Part shown: positions 11,470-24,785 of the stretch, piece by piece | Position numbering within the stretch: the stretch's first letter is position 1 | Layout: every line of letters begins with the position of its first letter | Assembly (NCBI RefSeq): GCF_006345805.1 | Contig: NC_043017.1 | Span: 14,818,001 to 14,882,000 of the forward strand | Direction: 5' to 3' | DNA: 64,000 nt | Origin: Octopus sinensis | Lineage: Eukaryota | Made by a program: the position numbers and the translations under genes | Notes under the pieces: generated by a model | What the model was told of the DNA's origin: nothing | Database searches by the model: none | The model's input: only the letters and a program-made list of their open reading frames with translations

Positions 11470-12757
11470 CGAGGGACGTTCAATAAGTAATGCCTCTGAT
11501 CCACTTGCAGTTGTTTGATCTAGCTGAAATTTTGCATGTGCAATCATTTATATCTCTATAGAGTAAGTGGCAAATTACAGCTCTGAATGGTTTCTGATTT
11601 ACAGGTGTTTGAACCGAGTCAAGTGTGAAATGGAGCCTGTTGAGTGTCGAGCAGTGATCCGGTTTTTGTATTTGAAAGGATGCACACCACGGGAGACTTT
11701 TGATGAAATGAAAGTAACTTATGGTGATGATGCCCCATCATATGACCTTGTAAAACGCTGGCATCGTGAATTCAAACATGGTCGGAACTCTGTGGAAACA
11801 GCTCCCAGATCTGGTCGCCCCCTTCTGCCATTGATGAGGCATCTGTCCGTAAAGTTGAGGCTGCCATTTTGGAAGATCGACGCATAATTATTCGCCAAAT
11901 AGCCCATGAGGTCAAGATTAGTACCGAGTCTGTGGAAACTATCATTCATGACCATTTGCATATGCAAAAGGTGTCTGCCAGATGGATTCCCAGGTTGCTC
12001 ACGCCTTTCCAGAAGCAAGAACGCGTCGAGTGCTCGAGGGTGAATTTGGAGATGTGCCAAGAAGATGAGTCAAAATTTTTCAAAACACTGATTACACAGG
12101 ATGAAACCTGGGTCCATCACGATGATCCAGAGACCAAAGCCCAGTCAATGCAGTGGAAGCACCGTGACTCACCCCCTCCAAAGAAGGCAAGGGTGCAGCC
12201 CTCCGCTGGCAAGGTCATGCTCACAGTCTTCTGGGACCAGGACGGAGTAGTGATGACAGATTTCCTGGCAAAGGGTACCACAATTGCAGGAGCTTATTAT
12301 GCTTCACTTTTGAGGAAATTAAGAGAAGTTATCAAAATCAAGAGGCGGGGCAAGATCAGCAAAGGTATCCTCCTCCTGCAGGACAACGCTCCGGTCCACA
12401 ACTCGCTTGTCGCCAGATCAGAAGCACAGGCGTATGGCTATGAACTACCCCCCCCCCCATCCCCCTACTTTCCTGACCTTGCACCCTCTGATTTTCACCT
12501 CTTCCCAATCATGAAGTTGTTTTTGAAAGGAAAGCGTTTCCCAGATGATGCAGCCTTGATTTCTGAAGTCACGTTGAGGTTGGAGGACCAAGCTGGGTTC
12601 TTCTACAAAAACGGTCTCCAGAGCTGCATCAAACAATGGGAGAAATGCGTAATTCTGGGTGGTTCCTATGTAGAAAAAGACTAATAACTGTGCCAAGTTT
12701 CGTTGCTCTACTCCTATGGGAAGTGGGTCAGGGGCATTACTTATTGAACGCCCCTCG
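11470..12757 (+). mobile_element. Mariner (Tc1/mariner) DNA transposon, irritans/Himar1-like, full length
   Basis: 25-bp TIRs cgagggacgttcaataagtaatgcc (11470-11494) and ggcattacttattgaacgcccctcg (12733-12757), 1 mismatch; TA on both sides, inside (TA)n. Confidence 0.97.
11630..12684 (+). pseudogene. Mariner transposase with one frameshift (about 11820)
   Basis: MEPVECRAVIRF...SGRP (frameshift) ...WIPRLLT...TQDETW...QDNAPVH...PDLAPSDFHLF; joins ORFs 11567-11887 and 11869-12684. The DDD triad is present. Confidence 0.93.
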
Positions 12758-13357
12758 TATATATATATATATATTCACAAATACACTTACACACAAGCAT
12801 GTATATGTAGTACAGAATCTCTCTCTCTCTGCGCGCACACACACACACACACACATATATATTTATATATATATGGATAGAAATGGTAAGACAAAAGAAT
12901 GAAAGAGACCTCGATATTATGTAAATAGAGGAATTTATCGGTAAATATGTGACAATTATTCGGTAGCCATGATAAAACTCCGAGTTTGGATGCCAGGGCG
13001 GAAACCCATGCCAGCATCTCTTCAGTTATCGGGCCATCAAAAATTACTATGAAAATGACCGTTGAAACAAAGGGAAATTACTGTGTGATTGACCGTTATT
13101 AAGATAAATCAGCTATTAGAATGACCACTAAGTATGGAGGTGGGTAAAGGTAAGAGAGTAGAAATGTCCATAGCAATCGCCTAAGCGCGCATATTCATGC
13201 ATATACATGCGCGCCCGCACATCCACGTACAGGTGCCTATATCTTTATATTATCCATCCTCACTTGAAACACACACATATGCTCACCCACACATTCGCCA
13301 AAAATATATACATACTCGCATACACGCTAGCACACACACACAGAAAGGTTCGTACAC

Positions 13358-13560
<203 letters not shown>

Positions 13561-13630
13561 TATACTTATATTTATACACACACATGTACATATGTCACCA
13601 TCAACAGTATTATTATTATCATTATTATTA

Positions 13631-13661
<31 letters not shown>

Positions 13662-13936
13662 AGACAGTAAGAACCTTGTTAAAAGTAGCCACATTTCATT
13701 CTTCTTTGTTTTCCAGTTGTTTATTTTAGTTTGTTTCGGAAGTGTTTTAGAATTGGTGAGATTGATGTAAATTCCAATAATCCAAGATAATCAGATTGGC
13801 TGAGTGAGATTAAGATAAAACTGGTTGCATTGCTGGTCTGACGTTGGTAAAGTGCTTTCACAGAAGTTGCAGCAGATTTCGGCAACAACTACTTAGGGAC
13901 TGGAGTTCTATTTTTATTAACTTTATATTGAACTGA

Positions 13937-13968
<32 letters not shown>

Positions 13969-14565
13969 GGAGAGAGAGACAGGGAGGGAGAGAGAGAGAA
14001 CGAGGAAAAAGTAAGAGCGATTGAAAGAAAGAGGCAAAGAGAGAGATGAAGGGGAAAAGATGGAGAGGCAAACAGAGTGAAGGAAAGTGCGAGGGAAAGT
14101 AAAAAGTGAAAGAGAAGAGAGAAAGAGAGGGTGAGAGAAAGGGAAGGGGAAAGAGCAAGAAAGAGAGAGAGAGAGAAAGAGAGACAGACAGAGAAGCCCT
14201 GACAACTGACTAGAAATAGTTGGTTATTCGTCAAAACCTCATTCGACGACCATGTTAGATAAACGTAAAACAATAATATTGGATAATATTATCTATTTTA
14301 TTATAATACCTTAAATGTTGTGGTGGTCATGGTTGGAATCGCTTTCACTATAAGTCTGCTTTATCAGGGCTAAGGAGGCCTAAACAATAAATAACTGCAA
14401 CCTCAACAACAACCTCAATCTTTTGCAGCTGTTTTTAAAACTTCGCACATTGAGGGTGTAAAGGCAGATGCGTCTACGAAACTCTGTCAAGTGGAAATGA
14501 GTCAACATACATGTTCAACGAAAGATGTTAAACGCGATATTCTTTCGTTCCTACACCTACACACA

Positions 14566-14605
<40 letters not shown>

Positions 14606-14847
14606 ATCTCTGTCGCTTCCATTTAGAGGCTTACTGCTGTAGCTTGTTTTAGTCAAAACAGCCAAGCACAGGCTGCATTAACACTTTTAGTGTTGAGTAC
14701 GTGTTTGTTGTGTCCTTTTTCAAATGTGCACGGATGCAATGTTTCTGTGGGGATTTTAGAGTACAGCCTATCTGGTTCTTTGAGCAGCCTGCCTATATAG
14801 TACACAAGGTTATATATCAAACACAAATATGTTGTTTGTTCTTTCTC

Positions 14848-15115
14848 GAGCCATACCTGGCTCATAAGGGCCAGTTTCCCGGTTTAAATGGCGTATAGGT
14901 TCCCAACCTGGATACAAGAGGAAAGAGGAAAGATACAAGAGGAAAGAGAGAAAATTGCGGCGAAAGACTCAGCAGAAGTTCGCCATTGCCTTTTGACAGT
15001 CTCGCGTGGAGCTTAGGTGTTTCGCTCATAAACACACACATCACTCGGCTGAGTTTCGAACCCGCGATTTCTCGACCGTGAGTCCGCTGCTCTATCCACT
15101 TGGCCATGTCCCTCC
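14848..15115 (-). mobile_element. tRNA-derived SINE (family 3) with intact Pol III boxes
   Basis: Minus strand ggagggacaTGGCCAAGTGGatagagcagcggactcacggtcgagaaatcgcgGGTTCGAAACtc (A box and B box), followed by non-tRNA body; no acceptor stem or CCA. Confidence 0.75.
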
Positions 15116-16573
15116 ACCAAACAAACATATATATGTATACATATAAAAACAACACATAAGCAGCACTATATACACAATACATAAATATCTGCATGTGTGT
15201 ATTGTATGCAGCGTGTGGGTGTTAGAGAGATTTCGTTAGAATTAAAGAAAAAAAGTCACGCAGTCTCCTTGTCTTTTTTCTGTGAATATTTCCATGTAAT
15301 TAATATCGACAAATCTGTGAAAGAAAACTGAATTTTTACAATTCTTTGCGTAGGAGATAGCAACATGTTTGGAATAATTTGTTTCAAGATGATTTCATAG
15401 GAAAAAAAAAGAAGAAAAGATTTGAAATCGGCATAAAGGAATGTTGTTGATTACATCATTAAATACACAAATCCGTGCACCTGGCCTGTACTTGCAACTC
15501 TCTCAAATCATTGCTTTTCACAAACTGCAGAGCTTTCTCCGAAGGCAACTTTGCAGTTTATGAAAAGCAGCTATTTCTGTTACTGCAACTACAATTTACA
15601 AGACCTATTATCCCCATCTAGTTCTCACATTATACGCCTTGGTGGACATTAACACTAGGAATTTCGTCATTTTCCCACTATAATTCATGGCTTTCTTTAC
15701 GGTGAAACACGGATCTAGTTTGCAATCTCCCTGTCACAACAGATGTTCTATGTAGGGATAATGGTATTGATATCAATATTAAAAAAGAGTATTTGATTTA
15801 CGTTCCGTAAAATATATGAACTGTCATTTATTGATGCGTAATGTATGAGAATGTGGACGATGAGTGCCAGGAATGAAGTCCATTTGATCACTCCCAGCTG
15901 AGTTTTGTGAATATATCTGTCAAATTATGACATCTGTAAATGACTGGAGAGAATATAATGATTGAAACACAGAGTATTAAGAGGCAGGAAGAAGCTTTTA
16001 TTTTCAAAGAATCTCTCATCTCTAGTCAAACCTGAATTAGTAGAATTACACGTGGGAAACAGAAAAAGAGATTTGCCTTTTGAAAGGTGCGTGTCGGTTC
16101 CATATAGAAAAAGCAAGAATACGAATGTTAATAATTTAAAAAGAACAAATATATTACTTTATAATTGTGAAAAATAAATCTGGTTTCAAATAGACATATA
16201 TAAAACATACTTAATGTATATCTACAGTCGATAGGCCATTTACTGCGGTATTCATTCTGAGATGACATTTGTTAAATATCGGAGTCACACGAAACTGACG
16301 TAGTAGCGGCCAGCAAGAACGCTAGATGTATTTCAGCCATGGTGCCCCCTTTCGATGACGAACACTCACAGCTAGTCACATGCTCAGTCAAGATATCACC
16401 GCGTCCGATATAGAATGCAGTGAAAAACACACTCACTGAGGTTGCGAATTGCTGCCTGGCTAAATAAAAACCAAATATACGCAGGTCAGGCAATCGTATT
16501 ATACTAAAATAGCTTCTATGTAACAATATATACACACAGTTGATAGGCCAGTTACTACGGCATTCGAAGCATA

Positions 16574-16757
16574 AATTTGGCATAAGGCCAGCAAATTTCA
16601 TCGGTGCCAGTCGTCGACTAGTACTTATAGTTTAAAGACAGCGAAGGATAAAAGGCAAAAATCGACCTCGGTGAAATATGAACTCAGAACCTAAAGACGG
16701 ACGAAATGCCGCCGAGCATTTTTCCCGACGTGCTAACGATTCTGTCAGTTCGGCGCC
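16574..16757 (-). mobile_element. SINE family 2 copy
   Basis: aaaggcaaaaatcgacctcgg...gaactcagaac.taaagacggacgaaatgccg...gtgctaacgattctg.cag is shared with the copies at 29200, 32083, 32309, 62911 and 63124. Confidence 0.8.
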
Positions 16758-16808
16758 ATCTGGGCGATGGATTAGTAAATACTGTTTCTGTGTCATGAGG
16801 AAGTTTAT

Positions 16809-16998
16809 TGTTATAATCCTTAAAAATGTTCAATTGTTATAACGCCCACATCGGTATACAGAATACTTAGCAGAATCAGTAAAGGTACAACTATCTCTGA
16901 CCGCCTGCTACGTATTCTACCGTTCTATCTTGTACTCTCCTATTTATAGTGACTGTCACGTGCGACGGGTGCACCATTATTACTAATTCCCTACAACA
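16809..16998 (-). repeat. 3' LTR of gypsy element
   Basis: Shares caactatctctg.ccgcct.ctacgtattct...gtactctcctatttatagtg...ttactaattcc.tac.aca with 19438-19604. Confidence 0.85.
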
Positions 16999-17579
16999 TC
17001 TCCCCTTTTAAGTTTTTCTTAGGAAGTGTCATACTATCTAGCAATAATTTCATTTATTCACCCCACTTTTGAGATTTTTTCTTTGAACAATTTAATATTT
17101 TTTGCACTTGGCATTTATTTTCAGGAACTCTGTACGTTTTCTTTCCCCCTCATTTGTACGCCTGGAATCAATCACCTTCAGTGGCGTTGGTACTTGGAAC
17201 ATATCGTACAACCATTCAATTGGTTCCTTCAACTTCTTTGGTTCGTTTACCACGAATCACTTTTTCAGTTGGTTCCTGTGTCTCTTTTGTATGCCTTTTC
17301 TACTTTTAACCCAATACAGCATTTTCCCTAAGCATTTGGTAGTTACTCTATCTTCCCAACCCTGCCATTGTTATATACCCTCATATAAACACCTTTTCAC
17401 CAACTTTAAAGAACCTTGCTATGTCTTCCCTTGCACATTTTCTTTTCTTGCCAGGTAGCAATTTATCAAAGACTGATTCTACTTTCCTGGCAAACATCAG
17501 CTCCGCTGGCGAGCTACCTGCTGGTGTATTTAGATTTGGCGTCACACGGTACACTCTTAAAAATTGTTGTAGAGCTACC

Positions 17580-17900
17580 TCATATCCATGACTTATTTAT
17601 TCGATTTTCTAAGGGCTGTTTTGAAGGTATCGACAAAGTGTTCTGCCGGTCCATTAGATCTGAGATCGTATGGTGCCACAAACGTTTTTCCCATTTTTTA
17701 AAAAATTCACTAGACACAAATTGCGTTCCCTTGTCAGACACCATCTTGTCTGGGATGCCGAATCTTGCAAACAATTCGTGTAAAAAATTTATCACAGTTC
17801 TATTACACTTAGAAATTTCAGGCCATTTCGAGAAACTATCAACGACCACCAAGTACTAATAACCGTGTAAAGGACCAGCAACATCGATGTGTATTCTCGA
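17580..17900 (-). pseudogene. Gypsy integrase core remnant
   Basis: HIDVAGPLHGY*YLVVVDSFSKWPE...FLHELFARFGIPDKMVSDKGTQFVSSEF is a typical rve core. Confidence 0.88.
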
Positions 17901-18841
17901 CCGCAGAACGTGTCTTTCTGAAGCAATGTTTACTTCTTATCGTGGGCAACTTATTTTTTATTTCGTTTTGGCTTACATACAGGTGTTCCACTCTGTTCTA
18001 CTGCAATATTTTGTTTCAGTCCCTCAACCGCATTTGAACCTTCGACTCAACCGACTATATATCTACACAAAACATTTATGGGTGTATTCCATACTTAGAA
18101 TAGTTCCATCTACTCTGTGCCGAATAGATTAAGCGGATCTTCTTTTAATACATATATCTTTCCCTTTTTTCGTTTGACTTTGAAATGTTATACTACATAC
18201 AAATTCCCTGAAAAAATATAATCTTTTTCTCGTAACACCAAGCGTTACCTTTTAGATGTAATTAACTTCAGCTTACCGAGATATTCCCAAGTTTTTTCGT
18301 TTACAATGGTGATATCACTTCCCGTGTCTAATTTCATTTTTACATTTGTATTTCTGATTTTGGCTTTCACAAATTTCCTCATCGTTAATCCTAATCCTAA
18401 TCCTAACCCTAATCCTAACCATAGCCAATTTCTTCCGATGACAAACTATTTATTCCTTTTCCTTATTATCATCTTCATTCTACAGTGTGTTTTTTCTATG
18501 TCCAATATTTCCACAACGAAAGCACCCCATTTTTTTAAATGGAGAATTTTTCTTCAGGTGTATGCCTCCACTTACAAAACATGGCTTTATTTTCTGATTT
18601 TTATCGTGTTTTTACGAAAACAATTTATCTGTATTCTGACTATTTCACGCTTTTTTTTACTTGGAAGTAATCTTTACCTTCAATCTTCCCTGTGTCGTGT
18701 CTTAATTTGACTATCCTTTCACATTCTTCTGACACTTGCTGTAGGGTTACATCCTGGTTTAGTTCTAACTTCTGCGTCCTTGTGTAAAAAGTCCCTGTGT
18801 AAAAATCAGGCATTTGAACCTATCTGTTTACAATACCGCCA

Positions 18842-19204
18842 TTAGTAATGTAGTTCTCTTCGTTGTTTTTCTCTTCGTTCAGACACTTCCAATGTTTGTT
18901 GAACAATGAGCTTTTCCTCGCTGAAACTTTTACACAATATATCTATTGTGCCATTAACGTTTATGTCCGAAGGTTTTCTTGGGAGTACATAATTGTTGTA
19001 ATGCTCATGTTCTGCTGCAGCCAGTTTTCTTAAGATTAAGCGCATTTTCATCACATCGTCCCAAAATCTATTCTCCAAAATCTGCTTATATCTTCTGTAG
19101 TATGTTTCGTCAGGTTCGTATTTGAAATCTGTTATGGAATTCGCGACATAGTCTGTCGAGAACACTTTTTCTAAATTTCCTAACGACTTCATTAATTGCA
19201 GCAT
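18842..19204 (-). pseudogene. Gypsy gag remnant
   Basis: SITDFKYEPDE..YYRRY....WDD..KMRLILRKLAAAEHEHYNNYVLPRKP resembles the gag N-terminus of invertebrate gypsy elements. Confidence 0.75.
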
Positions 19205-19437
19205 TTGTTGATGTAATAGTAATTATTGCTGTTGTTGTTTCAGTTGTCGTTCTTTCAGTTATTGTTGTTGCTGTTTTTGCAACTCGAGCAAATCGGTCAA
19301 CAAATTCTCCATAAATTTACGATTTTTTTTCGTAAAATTCGCACAAAAACTTTTGTGTGTTTGTTAACTCCTCGTGAGATGTTAATTCCTCCTGAGTTGT
19401 CAAAATCGTCGTGAGATTCTTAAATCCTTGTCGCCAC

Positions 19438-19604
19438 TGTTATAAACTTTATTATGTTCGATTGTTATAACACAGTATACTTAGGAAAACCAATGGACGC
19501 AACTATCTCTGGCCGCCTACTACGTATTCTCCCTGTCTCGTACTCTCCTATTTATAGTGGCGCTTTCATACCACTTGTCACGTGGTTACTAATTCCGTAC
19601 GACA
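19438..19604 (-). repeat. 5' LTR of gypsy element
   Basis: Direct repeat of 16809-16998, adjacent to the PBS. Confidence 0.85.
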
Positions 19605-19972
19605 TTCATTTAGAGAATGTTGTCTTCTAATCTTTTACTATGTGAATAGACATGAACGAGAGAAATTTAGAAAATACAGCAAAGCTGTTCAGTGAATTTG
19701 GTCTACGAATTACAGTTGACACTTTTATTACTATAAGTGATGTTTTTAGATATTATTTAAATTTTAGATCCTAATGATTTTGGTTCTTACTAATAATTTT
19801 AGATCCTAATAGTTTTGACTCTTAAGACAATCCCGAAAGACAGATTGTCTTATATATTTAACATCTAACCAATATTCGACAAATTTAATTCCTCGTATTA
19901 GTACAAGTGTATCTTCATAATTTTCTGATGAAGCTACGTTTTTCAGCATTTTTCATTATTATTGTGAAGTGT

Positions 19973-20135
19973 AGGACGGCGAGCAACAAGAACCGTTGGC
20001 ACACCGGACAAAATGCTTAGCGGCATTTCATCCGTCTTTATGTTCTTCAAACTCCGGAGTCTATAAAATAAGTAGCATTTGCATAGTGGGACGGTGTAAT
20101 CAACTTAGCCCCTCCCACGAAATTGCTGTCCTTAT
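19973..20135 (+). mobile_element. SINE family 2 copy (decayed)
   Basis: ggcgagcaacaagaaccgttggcacaccggacaaaatgcttagcggcatttcatccgtcttta. Confidence 0.7.
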
Positions 20136-21075
20136 TCCAAAATTTGAAGTCATTATTGTAGTGAAGTCCTTTGCAATAGCGACTGTTCAGATAAATTACA
20201 CAATGCAACATATTGTTTCAAAGCATAAAATTTGAAACATATCCTGTTTAATCTAAATTGAACCCTAATTTATGTTCATATCGAAGGGCAAATGTCGCCA
20301 TAAGTTTTCTAAATTTGTCTCATTTGCTAGAGCATCCTTTTACGTATCCAAAAATTTTTAACGGAATTTCAATTAGCGATTTTGCTGAGGAGTTTCATTT
20401 ACGATAGATTTCGTCGCCATTATTTCTTGATTGATATCTCTAGCATGAGAGTGTGTTGTCCATAAGTGCTATGGTTAGTGATATGCTGTGATATGACTCC
20501 TTATTGCTTCACTCGTTGCGTCAAGATATGTGGTTATTTGCAAATTATACTTAAAAGATAAGGGAGGGAAATGGGAAGGAGATAATTCTAAACTATTTTG
20601 CTCCGAACGTTCTTTAGAATCCTCTGAAGAAGATAAAATATTCATTTGAAGGAAAACTATGTGACCTTCATCACTTCTTAGACACATGAGCGACGATTGA
20701 TGGAGACTTTGAACTGCTTTGAACATACGTAAAGAATTCAGATACAAAAAAATCTTCTTGTAATAAAGAAGTCATAAGAAGGGAGATAATTGGATTTAAA
20801 AAATCACTTTTTTAAAGATAATTAAGATAAATTACATTCAAATAAATATATACTGAGCTCACCTATAGAAGTGACAGTGGGCAATGGACTGAAGATAATT
20901 TGGAACGAATTATGTCAAACATGTGTGCAAATAACAGATGTTACTGAATGAAAGGTTAGCAAAATGTGGTTAAACGGAGTTGAGCGATTTCAGGGTGGAT
21001 AATAAGGGTGTGGGGCGGGGGAGGAAAACCAATTAACCAATCATAAAACGTAGCGTTTTGTACATCTGGCTGAAC

Positions 21076-21119
<44 letters not shown>

Positions 21120-21164
21120 TACATATATACACAGATATATAACAGATAGATAGTTACCTTCATT

Positions 21165-21203
<39 letters not shown>

Positions 21204-21379
21204 TATATAAAATCAACAATGTTCATCGTGTACTGAAAATACATGTGTGGTGAATATATATGTATGCATACCAATTTTACTTCAAAATAAACCTACAAAC
21301 GCTATCATATATGTGTTGTTTGGTTTGAAACTCTACAAAATGCTGCATTCATTCAACGCACAGAAGCATATTTTATATA

Positions 21380-21471
<92 letters not shown>

Positions 21472-21632
21472 TATATATATAATAGTCATGGCCGACATAA
21501 ACAACAGTAAAAGGAGGAAATAGTTTAAGAAGTTTCAGCTGCCAAAGATCCACTCTTTGTTCGTTATGGAGCACTCTCTGATCTTCCTATTGTTCACACT
21601 TACCTGTTTGCATACACCTGTCTGTCTGTCTG

Positions 21633-21689
<57 letters not shown>

Positions 21690-22699
21690 TGTGTATGTAT
21701 GTATGTATGCATGTATGAATATATTGCGATTAAGATATTGTAATGCTGCCTGTGCCTCCTGTGTGTTTCTATTTTAGTGAATAAAATGAGAGGCAGCGAG
21801 AATAAACCACAATTGTATGTGTACACCACTGACGCGCGCACACACACACGTACGCACACTTAAATACACACACATATATAAAGATGTATATACACGCACA
21901 GATAGACATGAATGTATATCTACATATGACATCTGCATTAAATTTTTTTTTACTATAAGGAGAGCAATTATTTTTCCTCTTCGCTAGCAAATTTGCCCGT
22001 TATCTTTGATGTATTAAACGTAGAAGTTCACCTATTAATTTGAACGGTTGCTTTCATTGCTTTCTCCGAGAAGAACGAGAAGAAGAAAAAAATATTTTGA
22101 GTACAAGAAATGGTTTAATTCTCCATTGAAGATATTTCGTTCAGACATTAGATAAGAACAGAAAGTATGTAAACAGCAACAGCAACAACTGCTACAAAAC
22201 TGTAGCAGTTTAAATAAAAAATATAAGCACCAAATACTGATACAATAACAACAACTACAACAATAAGAAGAGCAACATCTGAGAAGAACAGCTGTTATAA
22301 TTCGCGATATTATCCGTGTTAGTTGGATATAGATTATAGTTAGACAATACTAATATGAATTCTATCTGTTGGTTCCCTGCTAGTTTTTTAACCTGCTTTT
22401 GTACTGGCCTAAATGACTTACTTAAAAAGGAAATCGGATCGATAAAACCGAGGTAAAGCAAAAGGCAAACATTGAATCGATAAATCAAGTAAAAATAGGA
22501 ATGTAATTTCAAAGTAAGGAAACGGGTTATTGATGGCGATTAGTTGACACATTTCCATTGAGATTCTCTGCGGTGAAGATATTAACATTGTCCCCTCCTG
22601 TGAATATCTTTAGAAAATAAATAATTATAGGCTCCAATATAAGTTATTATCTTTGCTTTTGACAAACTAAAAATTAGGTTTATCTAAAAGTGAATATAT

Positions 22700-22753
22700 A
22701 CATACATACACACACACATATATATATAAATATTATATATATAAATATATATA

Positions 22754-22799
<46 letters not shown>

Positions 22800-23370
22800 T
22801 ATACATACAAATATATATATATGTATATAAATATATACAAACATATATATATTTATAACTATATAAATACAAATATATATATGTATATAAATATAAACAT
22901 ATATATATAAATATGTAAATACAAATATATATATAAATATAAACATATATATATAAATATGTAAATACAAATATATATATATATATACAAATATATATAT
23001 TTATATATCAATATATATAAATAAAAAATATATATATATATACAGATATATATATTTATATATCAATATATATAAATAAAAAATATATATATATACAAAT
23101 ATATATCTATAAATATATATATATATCAATATATGTATAAATATACAAATATATATGCATATATATACATATATATACATATATATATATAAATATATAT
23201 ATACACACATATATATACATATACACAGATATATACACATATATATACATATATATTATATACACACATACACATATATATATACATACACACACATATA
23301 TATACACACATATATATGTACATATATATATATATATAGACATATATATACATATAGACATATATACGCA
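22700..23370. repeat. (TA)n-rich compound microsatellite
   Basis: Directly visible. Confidence 0.92.
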
Positions 23371-23372
23371 TA

Positions 23373-23761
23373 TTCTTTTACATTCTTTTGTTTGTTTCAG
23401 TTATTTGACTGTGACCATGCTGGAGCACCGCCCTTAGTCCAGCAAATCGACCCCAGGACCTACTGTTTGTAAGTCTAGTACTTATTATATCGGTCACTTT
23501 AGCCGAACCGCTAAGTTACGGGGACGGAAACAAACCAGCATCGGTTGTCAAGCGATATTGGGGGGACAAACACAAATACACAAACATATACGCACACATA
23601 CATATACATATACACGACGGGCTTCTTTCAGTTTCCGTCTACCAAATCCACTCACAAGGCTTTGGTCGGGCCGAGGCTATAGTAGAAGACCCTTACCAAA
23701 GGTGCCACGCAGTGGAACAGAACCCAGAACCATGTGGTTGGTAAGAAAGCTTACCAACAGC

Positions 23762-23764
<3 letters not shown>
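23373..23764 (-). mobile_element. Full-length SINE family 1 copy
   Basis: tRNA-like head gtggctgttggtaagc...ggttctgggttctgttccactgcgtggcacc, internal (TG)n, and tail ggcggtgctccagcatggtcacagtcaaataactgaaac. Confidence 0.85.
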
Positions 23765-23795
<31 letters not shown>

Positions 23796-23858
23796 CATAT
23801 ATACACATACATATATATATGCATATATATGTATATATATATACATACATATACATAT

Positions 23859-23895
<37 letters not shown>

Positions 23896-24010
23896 CATAT
23901 ATACATATATACATATATATATACACATACATATATATATACACATGCATATATACATATATGTATATATACACACACATATATATATATATATACTATA
24001 TATATATATA
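23765..24010. repeat. (CA)n/(TA)n microsatellite
   Basis: Directly visible. Confidence 0.92.
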
Positions 24011-24544
24011 CTTGTTAAATATATACTATAATAGAAAATAGCTAACTTCGTCCTGTATTGTATATTATAGATTAAAAGCTATCCTAACATGAATAAATAA
24101 AGTATAATTGGCAGAGGGAAGTGACAGTGTAGAAGCTAAAAGTGATTGTTGTGAGGGAGAGGGGGAGGATGGGAGGGAGAAATGTGCACGAAATGGCAGG
24201 GAAATAGGATGCAGCCACCTTGGCGTCTGCCACTAATGAGAAGAGGGTCGGCGGATGCGGCAAGTGAGACTGATTAGTTTTCTTCTGATTATTCTAAAAA
24301 CCATCAACAAGGTAATGGAACTGGTTCCAAACAAGAATAACAACCAGGTTACTTATATGTTTCACCTGGAATTTAAGTTGATTCTATAGTGATAAGTACA
24401 AAAGTGATGAAAATACTTGAAACTTATTCTGCTATCTTAATTCCGGTACAGATTTTAGGAGAAAGTTGTAAGAACCGTGTGGGCTTTCATTGCGTCTCCA
24501 AGGGGTTTATTAGCGGGATTCGGCTGAAATGGCTTTAATGCTGA

Positions 24545-24785
24545 GCTATAACATTGGAATTCTTCATTGCTCAACGATGCAGTCACAGTTGGAATCACCA
24601 ACATTAACCCCTGATAGAGGTCGATTTCCAGTGCGTATAAGCGACCGATATCACAAGCTACCCTTTGAACGGGATTTTGATCAGCTCAATTAGGTGTTTT
24701 GCTCGAGGTGACAACACAGCGAACGGTCCCGGAATCGAAACCACAACCGTGATTGCAACTTCCTCACCACTAAGCCATGCGCCTT
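24545..24785 (-). mobile_element. tRNA-derived SINE, decayed
   Basis: Minus strand gcaTGGCTTAGTGGtgagg...gtgGTTTCGATTCCggg (A and B boxes), followed by gtgttgtcacctcgagcaaaacac. Confidence 0.6.

Larger units (their letters stand above)
16809..19604 (-). mobile_element. Ty3/gypsy LTR retrotransposon, internally deleted and decayed
   Basis: Homologous TG...CA LTRs at 16809-16998 and 19438-19604; PPT (minus taaaaggggaga, 16999-17010); PBS TGGCGACAAGGAT (19424-19436); probable TSD tttat/ttcat; gag and integrase remnants. Confidence 0.9.

Noticed and set aside
11719-12060. Antisense ORFs over the mariner, gypsy and LINE (e.g. 11719-12060, 17416-17859, 38734-38997)
   Set aside because: Shadow ORFs of the real TE coding strands.
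15040-15115. tRNA gene candidate (A and B boxes)
   Set aside because: No complete cloverleaf or acceptor stem, and it continues into SINE body; treated as a SINE head. The same applies to 24735-24785, 23700-23764 and 27430-27490.
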